DNA of 44,805 nt from an uncultured Gammaproteobacteria bacterium (GTDB taxonomy: Bacteria > Pseudomonadota > Gammaproteobacteria > SZUA-229): NCBI GenBank assembly GCA_965368115.1, contig CBDULQ010000002.1, positions 1-44,805 on the forward strand. Direction: 5' to 3'. Below, in pieces: positions 23,231-32,155 of the stretch (position 1 is its first letter; every line of letters starts with the position of its first letter). The notes beneath the pieces were generated by a model. That model was given only the letters and a program-made list of their open reading frames with translations. It did not search any database and was not told the origin of the DNA. Position numbers and translations under genes: made by a program.

Positions 23231-24291
23231 TGATACTCGATCGTTACATCGCTCGTGTCGTTCTCAGCGGTACCCTGATGGTGTTGCTGGTACTGGCTGC
23301 GTTGCTTGCGTTTGTGGATTTCGTCGGCGAAATCGGTGAGGTCGGCAAAGGTAGTTACGATATTCTGGATGCCATTGCTTATGTGCTGCTGAGTTTGCCC
23401 AAGCGCATGTACGAACTGTTCCCTACGGCGGTATTGCTGGGCAGTCTGTTAAGTCTCGGGACACTGGCTTCCAACAGCGAACTCACCGTAATGCGCGCTT
23501 CGGGTGTATCGGTGGCGCGTTTTGTGCGTTCGGTGCTGCAGGCGGGTTTATTACTGGTGCTTCTGGTGGCAGCCATGGGCGAACTGATGGTGCCGCCCAG
23601 CGAAAAACAGGCACAAACCATTCGCGCAACGGCATTGCAGCAGACGGTGGCGTTTGGTGGCGAGCATGGCTTGTGGGCGCGCGACGGGCAACGCTATATT
23701 CATGTCGGACGGGTGTATCCCGGTTTCAATCTGGGCAATGTGTCGATATATCAGCTCGACGAACAACGCAATCTGCAGCAGGTGACTCACGCAGTATCTG
23801 CAAGTTTCCATCAGGGTCACTGGCGTCTGAGAAATATTCAGCGCAGCATTATCGGTGAGCAGCAGGTTAGTGAACAACGCATTTCGGTTGAAGACTGGCC
23901 GGAATTACTGAGTCCTGATCTGTTCAATATTGTGGGCATTCAACCCGCCAATATGTCAGCTGTTGATCTGTATCGTTACAGCGAATATCTGCAGGCCAAT
24001 GAGCTGGATTCCAGTCATTATCGGCTGGCATTCTGGATCAAGGTGCTGACACCGGTTTCCAGCCTGGTGATGTTGCTGATTGCCTTGCCTTTCATATTCG
24101 GATCTCAACGCAGCGGAGCGACAGGCAATCGCATGATGATCGGCATGTTGCTGGGTATCGGTTTCTTCCTGCTCAACCGTACCATGAATCATCTGGGGCA
24201 GGTGTATGGCCTCGATCCGCTGTTCAGTGCCGCACTACCGGTGGTATTGATGGCGGGTATCGGGGGTATCGCTCTACGTCGGGTACGCTGA
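23227..24291 (+). CDS. lptG: LPS export ABC transporter permease LptG
   Basis: ILDRYIAR, LASNSELTVMRASGVS; ATGA overlap with lptF; start reassigned from 22930. Confidence 0.93.
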   Translation: MMILDRYIARVVLSGTLMVLLVLAALLAFVDFVGEIGEVGKGSYDILDAIAYVLLSLPKRMYELFPTAVLLGSLLSLGTLASNSELTVMRASGVSVARFVRSVLQAGLLLVLLVAAMGELMVPPSEKQAQTIRATALQQTVAFGGEHGLWARDGQRYIHVGRVYPGFNLGNVSIYQLDEQRNLQQVTHAVSASFHQGHWRLRNIQRSIIGEQQVSEQRISVEDWPELLSPDLFNIVGIQPANMSAVDLYRYSEYLQANELDSSHYRLAFWIKVLTPVSSLVMLLIALPFIFGSQRSGATGNRMMIGMLLGIGFFLLNRTMNHLGQVYGLDPLFSAALPVVLMAGIGGIALRRVR

Positions 24292-24295
24292 GCGG

Positions 24296-24745
24296 CTATT
24301 TTTTTTCTAACTGAATCAGCACCGTCGCCGAAGCTCGGTCATGCCAGGTACGCTTACGGTCATCGATCAGTGACCAGATAAATCCCAGGCCCAACAGCAT
24401 CCAGGACACCAGCGCCATCACGAAACGCAGTGCGGCCTGTTGCCAGCTGATGTCGCCACCATCATCTGCGGACAGTTTCAGGCGCCAGGTTTTCATGCCC
24501 AGTGTCTGTCCGCCATGTACCCAGAACCAGCCGAAAAATCCATACGCAACCAGCAATAGATACAGTTGATGCAGGCCATACAGCAGCCATCCATCCGTTT
24601 CACGCTCGATCGCGCCGCCGTGCAACAATGTGGGGAAAATATCAGCAATAAATAATACTGCGGTGAGCAAGAGTAGATCGTAGACGATCGCCATCAGACG
24701 TTTGCCGAGTCCGGCAGGCTGATATTGAAACTGAAATTCATTCAT
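24296..24745 (-). CDS. RDD family membrane protein
   Basis: KRLMAIVYD, GQTLGMKTW, RTWHDRASAT. Confidence 0.88.
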   Translation of the reverse strand: MNEFQFQYQPAGLGKRLMAIVYDLLLLTAVLFIADIFPTLLHGGAIERETDGWLLYGLHQLYLLLVAYGFFGWFWVHGGQTLGMKTWRLKLSADDGGDISWQQAALRFVMALVSWMLLGLGFIWSLIDDRKRTWHDRASATVLIQLEKK

Positions 24746-24949
24746 ATGGGTGAGTGTGGTGATGCGGAACGGACAAATTCTATAGCAAACCGGCGCAGGC
24801 GTCATCTTTCCACCGCAAACAGGCGATCTTGCTTATGTGACCCAGGTCTCCAGTCTGCCTTGAGTTAGGTCGGATTTGATATAGACTCATTTTATATGTA
24901 ATGAATACAGCGGCACACCTCGACTACCTGTTCGTTTCCGGAGATATTT

Positions 24950-26161
24950 ATGTATAAGAAAAGTTTGCTCGGTGTGGCCCTGCTGGCCGCCGGAATTTCA
25001 ACGGCCTCAGCGGTCCCTTATGGATTGAGTGATGCGCGTTCTGTGGCCATGGGTAATGTCAATGTGGCAACCGGCGGCGTTACTTCGGCAGCATTTGGTA
25101 ATCCGGCCATGCTCAAGGTCAATGAAACCGATGATACCTTTGTACTGCATATCGGTGTTGGTGCCGCAGTGCTGGAAAATGGCAATGTAACCGACGATAT
25201 CGATCGCTACCAGGAGCTGGAGGATCAGATCAATGCGATCGATACTACCGATTCCAGTAATGCGGACCAGCTGTTGCCGTTGCTGAATGAGCAGATCGAA
25301 CTGATCAACGATCTGGATGGGGACAGTCTGATGGTGCGAGCTGCGCCGAATATGGCGCTGATTTATGGCGGTGATATGTTCTCGGTTGCAGTGACCGCCG
25401 AATTGAACGGCTATGTGAGCGGCGCTATTTCAGATGTCAGTGGCATTCCCACTTCACCACTGACCGAACAGCAGATTATCGACGATATCACCAATAATTC
25501 GAACCTGACCTACGATCCAGATGCCCGTTTACGTGCTATCGGTGTCGTGACTACCGAGATCGGTGTGTCGATCGCGACTGATTTAGACATTCTGGGTATG
25601 AAAGTGGCCCTCGGTATCAAACCCAAATCCATCAGTGCTGAAGCGATCAATTACGATCAGACGCTGGCCACTGCCGATGTGGATGACATTGTCGATGATA
25701 CAGCACAGGATCTGGGCAGTATCACTACCATGGATGCCGGCATGGTGATCAGCTTCAGCGATTCATTACGCCTCGGCCTGGTGGCGAAGAATGTCCTGTC
25801 AGAAACTTTAACAGTAACCACTAATGGAACGAGCTATGACGTGGATTTCGATACGCATATGCGTATCGGTGTTGCTTACAACACCAGTTTTATGACAATT
25901 GCCGCCGATATGGACATCACCGAGACTGATCCGGTGTTGATTGAAGACCCAACACGTATGGCTGCACTGGGTGTGGAGTTGAATGCATTCGATTTTATGC
26001 AAATCAGGGCGGGATATCAGACTAATCTGGCCAGTGGCGCCAGTGCCGACGATATTATTTCAGCCGGTGTTGGTTTCTGGTTTGGATTTAATCTGGATAT
26101 TGCCGCAGTTGCCAGTGAAGATTCAGTCGGTGCGTATATTCAAACCGGTTTTCGTTTTTAA
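24950..26161 (+). CDS. TraF-like (TraF_2 family) outer-membrane beta-barrel protein
   Basis: Signal peptide, DARSVAMG...NPAML N-terminus, C-terminal IQTGFRF beta-signal. Confidence 0.72.
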   Translation: MYKKSLLGVALLAAGISTASAVPYGLSDARSVAMGNVNVATGGVTSAAFGNPAMLKVNETDDTFVLHIGVGAAVLENGNVTDDIDRYQELEDQINAIDTTDSSNADQLLPLLNEQIELINDLDGDSLMVRAAPNMALIYGGDMFSVAVTAELNGYVSGAISDVSGIPTSPLTEQQIIDDITNNSNLTYDPDARLRAIGVVTTEIGVSIATDLDILGMKVALGIKPKSISAEAINYDQTLATADVDDIVDDTAQDLGSITTMDAGMVISFSDSLRLGLVAKNVLSETLTVTTNGTSYDVDFDTHMRIGVAYNTSFMTIAADMDITETDPVLIEDPTRMAALGVELNAFDFMQIRAGYQTNLASGASADDIISAGVGFWFGFNLDIAAVASEDSVGAYIQTGFRF

Positions 26162-26217
26162 TCGGCAGCAAATTATGGTTTGAACGGCTGAAAAATTCCG
26201 TAAAACTAAAAAAATTT

Positions 26218-26247
26218 AAAACCTGGAGCTCTGTTCCAGGTTTTTTT
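26218..26247 (+). terminator. Rho-independent terminator
   Basis: AAAACCTGGA..TCCAGGTTTTTTT. Confidence 0.8.
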
Positions 26248-26299
26248 ACGTAAATTTGTTAAAAAATTTAAAAAAAATGCACTTTAAACACTTGATTTA

Positions 26300-26328
26300 T
26301 TTGTATTACGAAAAATAAGAATTATAAT
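26300..26328 (+). promoter_or_regulatory. Putative strong sigma70 promoter with A-tract-rich upstream region
   Basis: TTGTAT-16 nt-TATAAT, long A-tracts upstream, AGAGGA RBS. Confidence 0.6.
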
Positions 26329-26361
26329 CTGGGCATTAACCCCAATAAGAGGATTAACAAT

Positions 26362-26916
26362 ATGGCCCGTGCAAAAACCAAAAAGAAAGCAGTTGCGAAA
26401 CGTAAAGCAGCTCCGAAGCGTAAAGTAGCAGCTAAGAAAAAAGTTGTTACTCGTAAGAAAGCCGTTGCAAAACGCAAAGCAGCACCGAAGAAAAAAGTAG
26501 CCGCCAAGAAGAAAGCTGGCGCTGCCAAGAAAAAAGCCGCCGCAGCCAAGAAGAAAGCTGCAGCAGCCAAGAAAAAAGCCGCAATGGCTAAAAAGCGTGC
26601 CGCAGCCGCCAAGAAGCGCGCCGCAGCCGCAGCCAAGAAGAAAGCAGCCGCAGCCAAGAAGCGTGTAGCCGCTCAGCGTCAGGCAGAAATGCGCGCCAAG
26701 CTGAAAGCTCGCATGGCTGATGTCTCTGCCAAGCTGAAAGAAGCCAAAGCCGACCTGGCCATGGCCACCAAGCGTGAAAACGCCATCAAGAAGATGGTTC
26801 AGCAGAAAGAGCAGGCTGTTGCCAAGTTCGTTGAAAAATGGACCAAACAGCAGATGGCCAAAGTTGAGAAATCTCTGAAGCCGAAGAAGCGTCGTAAGCG
26901 TCGCGCTGCTAAATAA
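26362..26916 (+). CDS. Histone H1-like Lys/Ala-rich basic protein (putative nucleoid-associated protein)
   Basis: KKAVAKRKAAPK repeats and AAAKKK tandem repeats; own promoter, RBS and terminator. Confidence 0.85.
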   Translation: MARAKTKKKAVAKRKAAPKRKVAAKKKVVTRKKAVAKRKAAPKKKVAAKKKAGAAKKKAAAAKKKAAAAKKKAAMAKKRAAAAKKRAAAAAKKKAAAAKKRVAAQRQAEMRAKLKARMADVSAKLKEAKADLAMATKRENAIKKMVQQKEQAVAKFVEKWTKQQMAKVEKSLKPKKRRKRRAAK

Positions 26917-26936
26917 GCCATTCACTGGCTAAATCG

Positions 26937-26967
26937 AAAAGGCCGATCATCTGATCGGCCTTTTTTT
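26937..26967 (+). terminator. Rho-independent terminator, possibly bidirectional
   Basis: AAAAGGCCGATCA-TC-TGATCGGCCTTTTTTT between convergent genes. Confidence 0.9.
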
Positions 26968-27001
26968 GTCCCTTTGCCGGGAATTATCCGCTTGTCAGAC
27001 C

Positions 27002-28258
27002 CTAGATCAGGTCGTTGAACAGCTGGATTTCAACCTGTTCACCCGCCTCGATATCACCTGCATCCTTTGGTAACACGATAAAACAGTTGGCACGCGCCAT
27101 GGAACTCAACATATGTGAGCCCTGCATGCCGGTGCTACTGACCGTCAGGTCACCAGCCTTGTCCATGGCGACGATGCCACGTTGAAAATCCAGTCGACCG
27201 GGGCGTTTTTTGAGTTTGCCGGCGGTTCGGGCGTGTAATTTGAGTGCTGCTTGCGGCGTTTCACCGCGCAGGCGTTTGATACAGGGCTGAACGAACTGAT
27301 AGAAGGTCGCCATTGCGGACACCGGGTTACCGGGCAGGCCGAAGAACACTGTGTTGTCGATATGGCCGAATGCCAGCGGCTTGCCCGGTTTCATGGCGAT
27401 TTTCCAGAAATTCACCTGGCCGATGTCGTCGAGAATCTGTTTAATGTAGTCCGCTTCACCCACTGAAGCACCCCCGGAGGTGATGATCAGGTCTGCGCAG
27501 GCCGCGGCTTCACGCAATGTTGCCTCGATGCGGTCACGATCGTCAGGGACTACACCCATGTCGATACAGTTGACACCCATCTGCTGCAACATGCCATACA
27601 GAATGTAGCGATTACTGTCGTAAATATCGCCGGGTTGCAGTGTGGTACCTACGGATTTCAATTCGTCCCCGGTGGAGAAAAACGCCACGTTCGGCGTGCG
27701 TACTACATCCAGCTGGGTAACGCCGACTGACGCAAGTAAACCGAGTTTGGCCGGGCTCAGGTGTTCACCGGCCTGGATGATGGTGTCGCCGGCATGAAAA
27801 TCATCACCGGGTTTGCGCACATTCTGTCCCGCTTTGTGTGTGCCGTCGATGCGTATATGATCGCCGTCGACTTCGACATGTTCCTGCATGAGTACGGTAT
27901 CCGCGCCGTCCGGTACCACGGCGCCGGTCATGATGCGTACCGACTCGCCGCTCTGCAGCTTGCCGGAATAGGGGCGACCGGCAAAGGATTTACCGATCAC
28001 TTTCAGTCGTGTTTCGCCATCGGCAGGGATATCGCCGCTGAAGATGGCGTAACCGTCCATGGCCGAATTGACGAACGGCGGTACGTCCATCGGCGAACAG
28101 ACGTCATCGGCTGCGACACAGTTGAATGCCTCGCGAATCGTCACGTTGCGACGTGCTTTTATGGCAGAAACATTGTCGAGTACCCGTTGCAGGGCCTGTT
28201 CGAAATCGAGAGTACCGGACTCGGAAGGGTCCTGGCATGAGGGTTGTTTTTCAATCAT
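27002..28258 (-). CDS. moeA: Molybdopterin molybdotransferase
   Basis: SAMDGYA, RIMTGA, STGDEL, KPGKP, GLPGNPVSA. Confidence 0.96.
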   Translation of the reverse strand: MIEKQPSCQDPSESGTLDFEQALQRVLDNVSAIKARRNVTIREAFNCVAADDVCSPMDVPPFVNSAMDGYAIFSGDIPADGETRLKVIGKSFAGRPYSGKLQSGESVRIMTGAVVPDGADTVLMQEHVEVDGDHIRIDGTHKAGQNVRKPGDDFHAGDTIIQAGEHLSPAKLGLLASVGVTQLDVVRTPNVAFFSTGDELKSVGTTLQPGDIYDSNRYILYGMLQQMGVNCIDMGVVPDDRDRIEATLREAAACADLIITSGGASVGEADYIKQILDDIGQVNFWKIAMKPGKPLAFGHIDNTVFFGLPGNPVSAMATFYQFVQPCIKRLRGETPQAALKLHARTAGKLKKRPGRLDFQRGIVAMDKAGDLTVSSTGMQGSHMLSSMARANCFIVLPKDAGDIEAGEQVEIQLFNDLI

Positions 28259-28791
28259 GATGCGGTCTTTTGCTTGCAGTAGTCGAGCACGAATTGTGCG
28301 ATTTGTTCGGTATTGTTGAGATCCAGCCGTGGAATCTCGGGCCTGTTCGGCAGCTCGCCGTCATGGGCAATGGCAATGATGTGCCGATCTTCGGGAAACA
28401 TCAATGGCTTGTCCAGCGTCGGGCGATGGAGTTCGATTTTATCGAACGGCCATTGTTTGAAACCTTCAACCAGCACCAGGTCGATGGCGGCGGGATTCAG
28501 GTAGCTGAGCAATTCCTGAAGATCGGGTTCACGCTCTTCGTCATGGTCGATCATCAGTGCCAGGCGGCGGCTGGAACTGATCAGCATCGGACTGGCGCCG
28601 GCCTTGCGCAGTTCATAACTGTCCTTGCCGGGTTTATCGACATCGAACTGGTGATGGGCGTGTTTGATCATCGCCACACGCAATCCCGCCTGGCGCAACA
28701 GTGGAAGCAGTTTGACCAGCAGGGTGGTTTTTCCGGTACCGCTGAAAGCAGCAAAACCGAGCAGCGGTTTGTCAAAGACGATTGGGTTCAT
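28255..28791 (-). CDS. mobB: Molybdopterin-guanine dinucleotide biosynthesis protein B
   Basis: SGTGKTTL, IKHAHHQFDVDKPGKDS, VLVEGFK. Confidence 0.95.
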   Translation of the reverse strand: MNPIVFDKPLLGFAAFSGTGKTTLLVKLLPLLRQAGLRVAMIKHAHHQFDVDKPGKDSYELRKAGASPMLISSSRRLALMIDHDEEREPDLQELLSYLNPAAIDLVLVEGFKQWPFDKIELHRPTLDKPLMFPEDRHIIAIAHDGELPNRPEIPRLDLNNTEQIAQFVLDYCKQKTAS

Positions 28792-29363
28792 TGCATATCT
28801 TCCGGCGAATTGAAATTGCGAAAGCGGTCTGCCTGGTCGCTGAAGTCACAGATGGCGGCCTGCTGGGCGGCGAAAAAGTCCTGTACCTTGCGGTGTCCAG
28901 CAACCAGATACTGTTCCAGTGCCGGTTGTACCGACATGGCCAGCAACGCGAACAGGGGTTGCTGACGTTGTCCGTCATGGCAAATCGCCAGCTGACTATC
29001 GGACTCGACCATACACCGATGCAGGCGTTGCGGCAATGCGTCGGGCGGTTGCGGGCTGTCGCAGGGCAGGCACAGCAGGTAATCGGCGGAACAATGTCGC
29101 ATAGCCGCCAGCATACCGGCCAGCGGACCCTGGAAATCGTCCAGTTCATCGCTAATGACGGGGAGTCCGTACTGCCGATAACGTTGCAGATTGCGATTGG
29201 CGCTGATCAGGGTGCGCTGCGGATCGCTGTGCAGCGCCTCCATGACATGTTCGATCAGCGGACGACCCTGCCAGAGCAGCAGACCTTTATCCTGGCCCTG
29301 CATGCGACGACCGCGGCCGCCGGCCAGAATAACCGTGCATATGTCGCGTGCTTCAAAACTCAT
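28788..29363 (-). CDS. mobA: Molybdenum cofactor guanylyltransferase
   Basis: ILAGGRGRRM..DKGL, GPLAG, PCDSP, NFNSPED. Confidence 0.95.
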   Translation of the reverse strand: MSFEARDICTVILAGGRGRRMQGQDKGLLLWQGRPLIEHVMEALHSDPQRTLISANRNLQRYRQYGLPVISDELDDFQGPLAGMLAAMRHCSADYLLCLPCDSPQPPDALPQRLHRCMVESDSQLAICHDGQRQQPLFALLAMSVQPALEQYLVAGHRKVQDFFAAQQAAICDFSDQADRFRNFNSPEDMQ

Positions 29364-29450
29364 CTAAAATGGCGGAAAATTCAACATCGAAAAATTTTAT
29401 CACAGAGACGTCGTTGCCATGCGGTCGACGTGTACAGTGCAAGCAGGTCT

Positions 29451-30371
29451 ATGGCGAAAACCGATCAGTTAATCGCATCAGAACAACAGATCATCGAGCA
29501 GTTCTGCGATGCCCTGTGGATGGAGCAGGGACTGAGTGCCAATACCCTGGCCGCCTATCGTAACGATCTGGCGGGTTTTGCGCTGTGGTTGCAGAGTCAG
29601 GGTGAACGGCTGTTGCAGGCCAGTAGTGCAGGCCTGCAGCGTTACCTGGCGTTTCGATTCGAACAGGGCACTAAAAATCGCTCGGCGGCGCGTTTATTGT
29701 CCAGCCTGCGCCGATTTTACGCCTACCAGTTGCGTGAACATCGTATCGCCGAAGATCCGACCGCGCTGGTGGAAGCGCCGCGGCCGGAAAAACCGTTGCC
29801 CAAAACCCTGACTGAACAACAGGTCGGTGATCTGCTGAAGGTGGCTGATATCGGTGAACCGCTGGGCCTGCGTGATCGCGCCATGCTCGAAGTACTGTAT
29901 GCCACCGGACTGCGAGTCAGTGAGCTGGTGGGTTTACAGATGTCCCAGTTGTCGCTGGATCCGGGTGTGGTTCGAGTGGTCGGCAAGGGTAACAAGGAAC
30001 GCCTGGTACCGCTGGGGGAAGAGGCAGTGTACTGGGTGCAAACCTATCTGCGCCAGGCCCGTTCCCGCCTGTTACAGGACCGGCCACCCTGTAATGCCGT
30101 GTTCGTGACCCGGCGTGGCGGTGCCATGACTCGACAGGCCTTCTGGTACCTGATCAAGCGCTATGCGTTACAGGTGGGTATCGATGCGGACAGCCTGTCG
30201 CCGCATACCCTGCGTCATGCCTTTGCAACACACTTGCTGAATAATGGCGCGGATTTGCGGGTTGTGCAGATGCTGCTGGGACATACCGATATCTCCACTA
30301 CACAGATATATACCCATGTCGCCGACCAGCGGTTGAAATCCCTGTATCAGCAGCATCATCCACGGGCCTGA
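29451..30371 (+). CDS. xerD: Site-specific tyrosine recombinase XerD
   Basis: LYATGLRVSEL, GKGNKERLVP, MTRQAFW, HTLRHAFATHLL, TTQIYTH; xerD-dsbC synteny; start at ATG 29451. Confidence 0.95.
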   Translation: MAKTDQLIASEQQIIEQFCDALWMEQGLSANTLAAYRNDLAGFALWLQSQGERLLQASSAGLQRYLAFRFEQGTKNRSAARLLSSLRRFYAYQLREHRIAEDPTALVEAPRPEKPLPKTLTEQQVGDLLKVADIGEPLGLRDRAMLEVLYATGLRVSELVGLQMSQLSLDPGVVRVVGKGNKERLVPLGEEAVYWVQTYLRQARSRLLQDRPPCNAVFVTRRGGAMTRQAFWYLIKRYALQVGIDADSLSPHTLRHAFATHLLNNGADLRVVQMLLGHTDISTTQIYTHVADQRLKSLYQQHHPRA

Positions 30372-30430
30372 GTCCAGCTACACCCCGTAATATATTAATG
30401 TATCGTTGAACAATGCCTGTCATCGCTGCG

Positions 30431-30458
30431 GGAATTATTTATAATCACCCCGGTCTAC
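30431..30458 (+). promoter_or_regulatory. Candidate sigmaE/ECF-type promoter for dsbC, overlapping a TATAAT
   Basis: GGAATT-16 nt-GTCTAC; TATAAT at 30440-30445. Confidence 0.4.
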
Positions 30459-30494
30459 GTAACCAACAGTCAGTTTCAAGAGATTAGATCAATC

Positions 30495-31217
30495 ATGAAG
30501 TTATTTATCCGAGTTGCCGCGCTGACAATGGCGTTCTGCATGGTGTCGGCACAGGCTGGTGAAGCCGAAACCATCAAGACGATCCGCGCTGCACTGATCA
30601 AGGATGTGCCCTTCGCGGCTACCGCACAGATCAGAAAAGCCCCGGTTGACGGGATGTATGAAGTGAATGGTTCCGGCCATATTCTGTATGTCACGGCTGA
30701 TGGCCGGTATGTCCTGAATGGTGATCTCATCGATCTGCAAAAACAGGTCAATATTACCGAGGCCACTCGCAGCGAAGCGCGTAAAGCGGCGGTCGACGAC
30801 CTTGGTGAAGACAATATGCTGGTATACACACCGAAAGGCGAAATCAAACACACCGTCACCGTATTCACCGATATTTTCTGCCCGTATTGCCAGCGCCTGC
30901 ACCAGGAGATGGACCAGTATATGAAACAGGGTGTCAAGGTGCGTTATGTATTTCTACCGTTCAAGGGGCCGAAAAGCTATGCGACGTCCGTCAGCGTATG
31001 GTGTGCAGACGACCAGAACGAAGCAATGGATATGGCCAAGGCCGGTGCTGAAATCGAGAAAAAAACCTGTGACAACCCGATTAGTCGACATCAGGCCCTG
31101 GCGACCGAACTGGGTATTCGGGGTACACCAGCAATCTTGCTGGAAAACGGTTATCTGAACCCGGGTTATGTGCCCGTGGATAAACTGGTTAAACAGATGG
31201 AAACCATGGGGCTCTAA
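30495..31217 (+). CDS. dsbC: Thiol:disulfide interchange protein DsbC
   Basis: Signal peptide, N-terminal dimerisation region, VFTDIFCPYC, SVWCA, GIRGTP. Confidence 0.9.
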   Translation: MKLFIRVAALTMAFCMVSAQAGEAETIKTIRAALIKDVPFAATAQIRKAPVDGMYEVNGSGHILYVTADGRYVLNGDLIDLQKQVNITEATRSEARKAAVDDLGEDNMLVYTPKGEIKHTVTVFTDIFCPYCQRLHQEMDQYMKQGVKVRYVFLPFKGPKSYATSVSVWCADDQNEAMDMAKAGAEIEKKTCDNPISRHQALATELGIRGTPAILLENGYLNPGYVPVDKLVKQMETMGL

Positions 31218-31246
31218 AATTCCGATATTGTCTTTCGGATGACCGT

Positions 31247-31274
31247 AACGCCATGCACGTCAGTGCATGGCGTT
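31247..31274. terminator. 12-bp hairpin between convergent dsbC and cnoX
   Basis: AACGCCATGCAC-GTCA-GTGCATGGCGTT; no long T-tract. Confidence 0.5.
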
Positions 31275-32123
31275 GAACATTTTACGCCGGTAACTGCCAC
31301 TGAGCGGGTGATCGTCACCCAGCATGTTGAAGATCTGTAACATCGCGCGGCGTCCCGCATCGTCGTTATATTTGCGGTCGCGGATCATCAATTGCAGCAG
31401 ATGCTCCAGCGCCGTCTCATAATCACCGTCCAGCACACAACGTGAAGCCAGTTGAAAACGTGCGGCCGAATCTTTGGGGTCCGCTTCGATGCGTTGTTGC
31501 AGTTCGGACACCTCGGGAGCATTCTGTGCGCCGGCGGCGAATTCCAGTTTCGCGAGTAGCGCTACGACTTCCGGTTTTTCCTGCGCTTCCATGCCCAGCG
31601 CCAGCAGGCGATCCCGGGCCGCCGTGTATTCCCCTTTCTCCGCATCCAGGTGGGCCAGGTCGACCTGTACGGTGACGTGGCGCGGGTCTTTCTGTTCCGC
31701 TTCGAGTAACAGCTGCCGACCGCCCTGCATATCGCCCTGACGAATCAGCGCCAGCGCCTGTTCGCGTATATCGTCGATTTCATTCGGCATGTATTTTTCG
31801 AGCATGGCTCGAATGTTTTCCTCCGCTTGCACACCGGTGAATTCATCCACCACTTCGCCATTGCGAAACAGCTTTACATTCGGAATGCCGCGCACCTGAT
31901 AACGTGTGCTCAGCTCCTGTTGCTGATCACTGTTCACCTTGGCCAGTACGAAACCACCATCGTATTCATTGACCAGTTTGTCGAGGATCGGCATCAGCAT
32001 CTTGCAGGGCTGACACCAGTCCGCCCAGAAGTCGACCAGTACCGGTACCTTGTGGGAATTGTCGATTACACCCTGCTGGAAATTATCCAGCGTGGCTTCA
32101 AATACATAAGCTGAATGACTCAT
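31260..32123 (-). CDS. cnoX: Thioredoxin-TPR chaperedoxin (YbbN/CnoX)
   Basis: VLVDFWADWCQPCK thioredoxin domain, TPR region, C-terminal YRRKMFNAMH. Confidence 0.9.
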   Translation of the reverse strand: MSHSAYVFEATLDNFQQGVIDNSHKVPVLVDFWADWCQPCKMLMPILDKLVNEYDGGFVLAKVNSDQQQELSTRYQVRGIPNVKLFRNGEVVDEFTGVQAEENIRAMLEKYMPNEIDDIREQALALIRQGDMQGGRQLLLEAEQKDPRHVTVQVDLAHLDAEKGEYTAARDRLLALGMEAQEKPEVVALLAKLEFAAGAQNAPEVSELQQRIEADPKDSAARFQLASRCVLDGDYETALEHLLQLMIRDRKYNDDAGRRAMLQIFNMLGDDHPLSGSYRRKMFNAMH

Positions 32124-32155
32124 TTCATTACCCGTGTCATGTTGGCGCGCCTATT

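Noticed and set aside
24836-24851. CRP-like site TGTGA-N6-TCTCC upstream of the TraF-like gene
   Set aside because: Only one good half-site and non-canonical spacing to the candidate promoter
26380-26670. Tandem nucleotide repeats as a CRISPR array or VNTR
   Set aside because: They are in-frame, degenerate at codon third positions, and have no spacers or cas genes
26284-26925. Ala/Phe/Leu-rich antisense ORFs (213 aa and 111 aa)
   Set aside because: Shadow frames of the Lys/Ala repeat gene; promoter, RBS and terminator all support the + strand
28782-29450. 223-codon N-terminal extension of XerD in the ORF track (529 aa)
   Set aside because: It lies antisense to mobA; XerD-like sequence begins only at ATG 29451
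29451-30371. Tyrosine recombinase as the integrase of a mobile element
   Set aside because: XerD-specific motifs and housekeeping xerD-dsbC context; no att sites or cargo genes
30380-30407. dif-like AT-rich sequence just after xerD (CGTAATATATTAATGT)
   Set aside because: Poor match to the XerD arm TTATGTTAAAT and wrong spacer length
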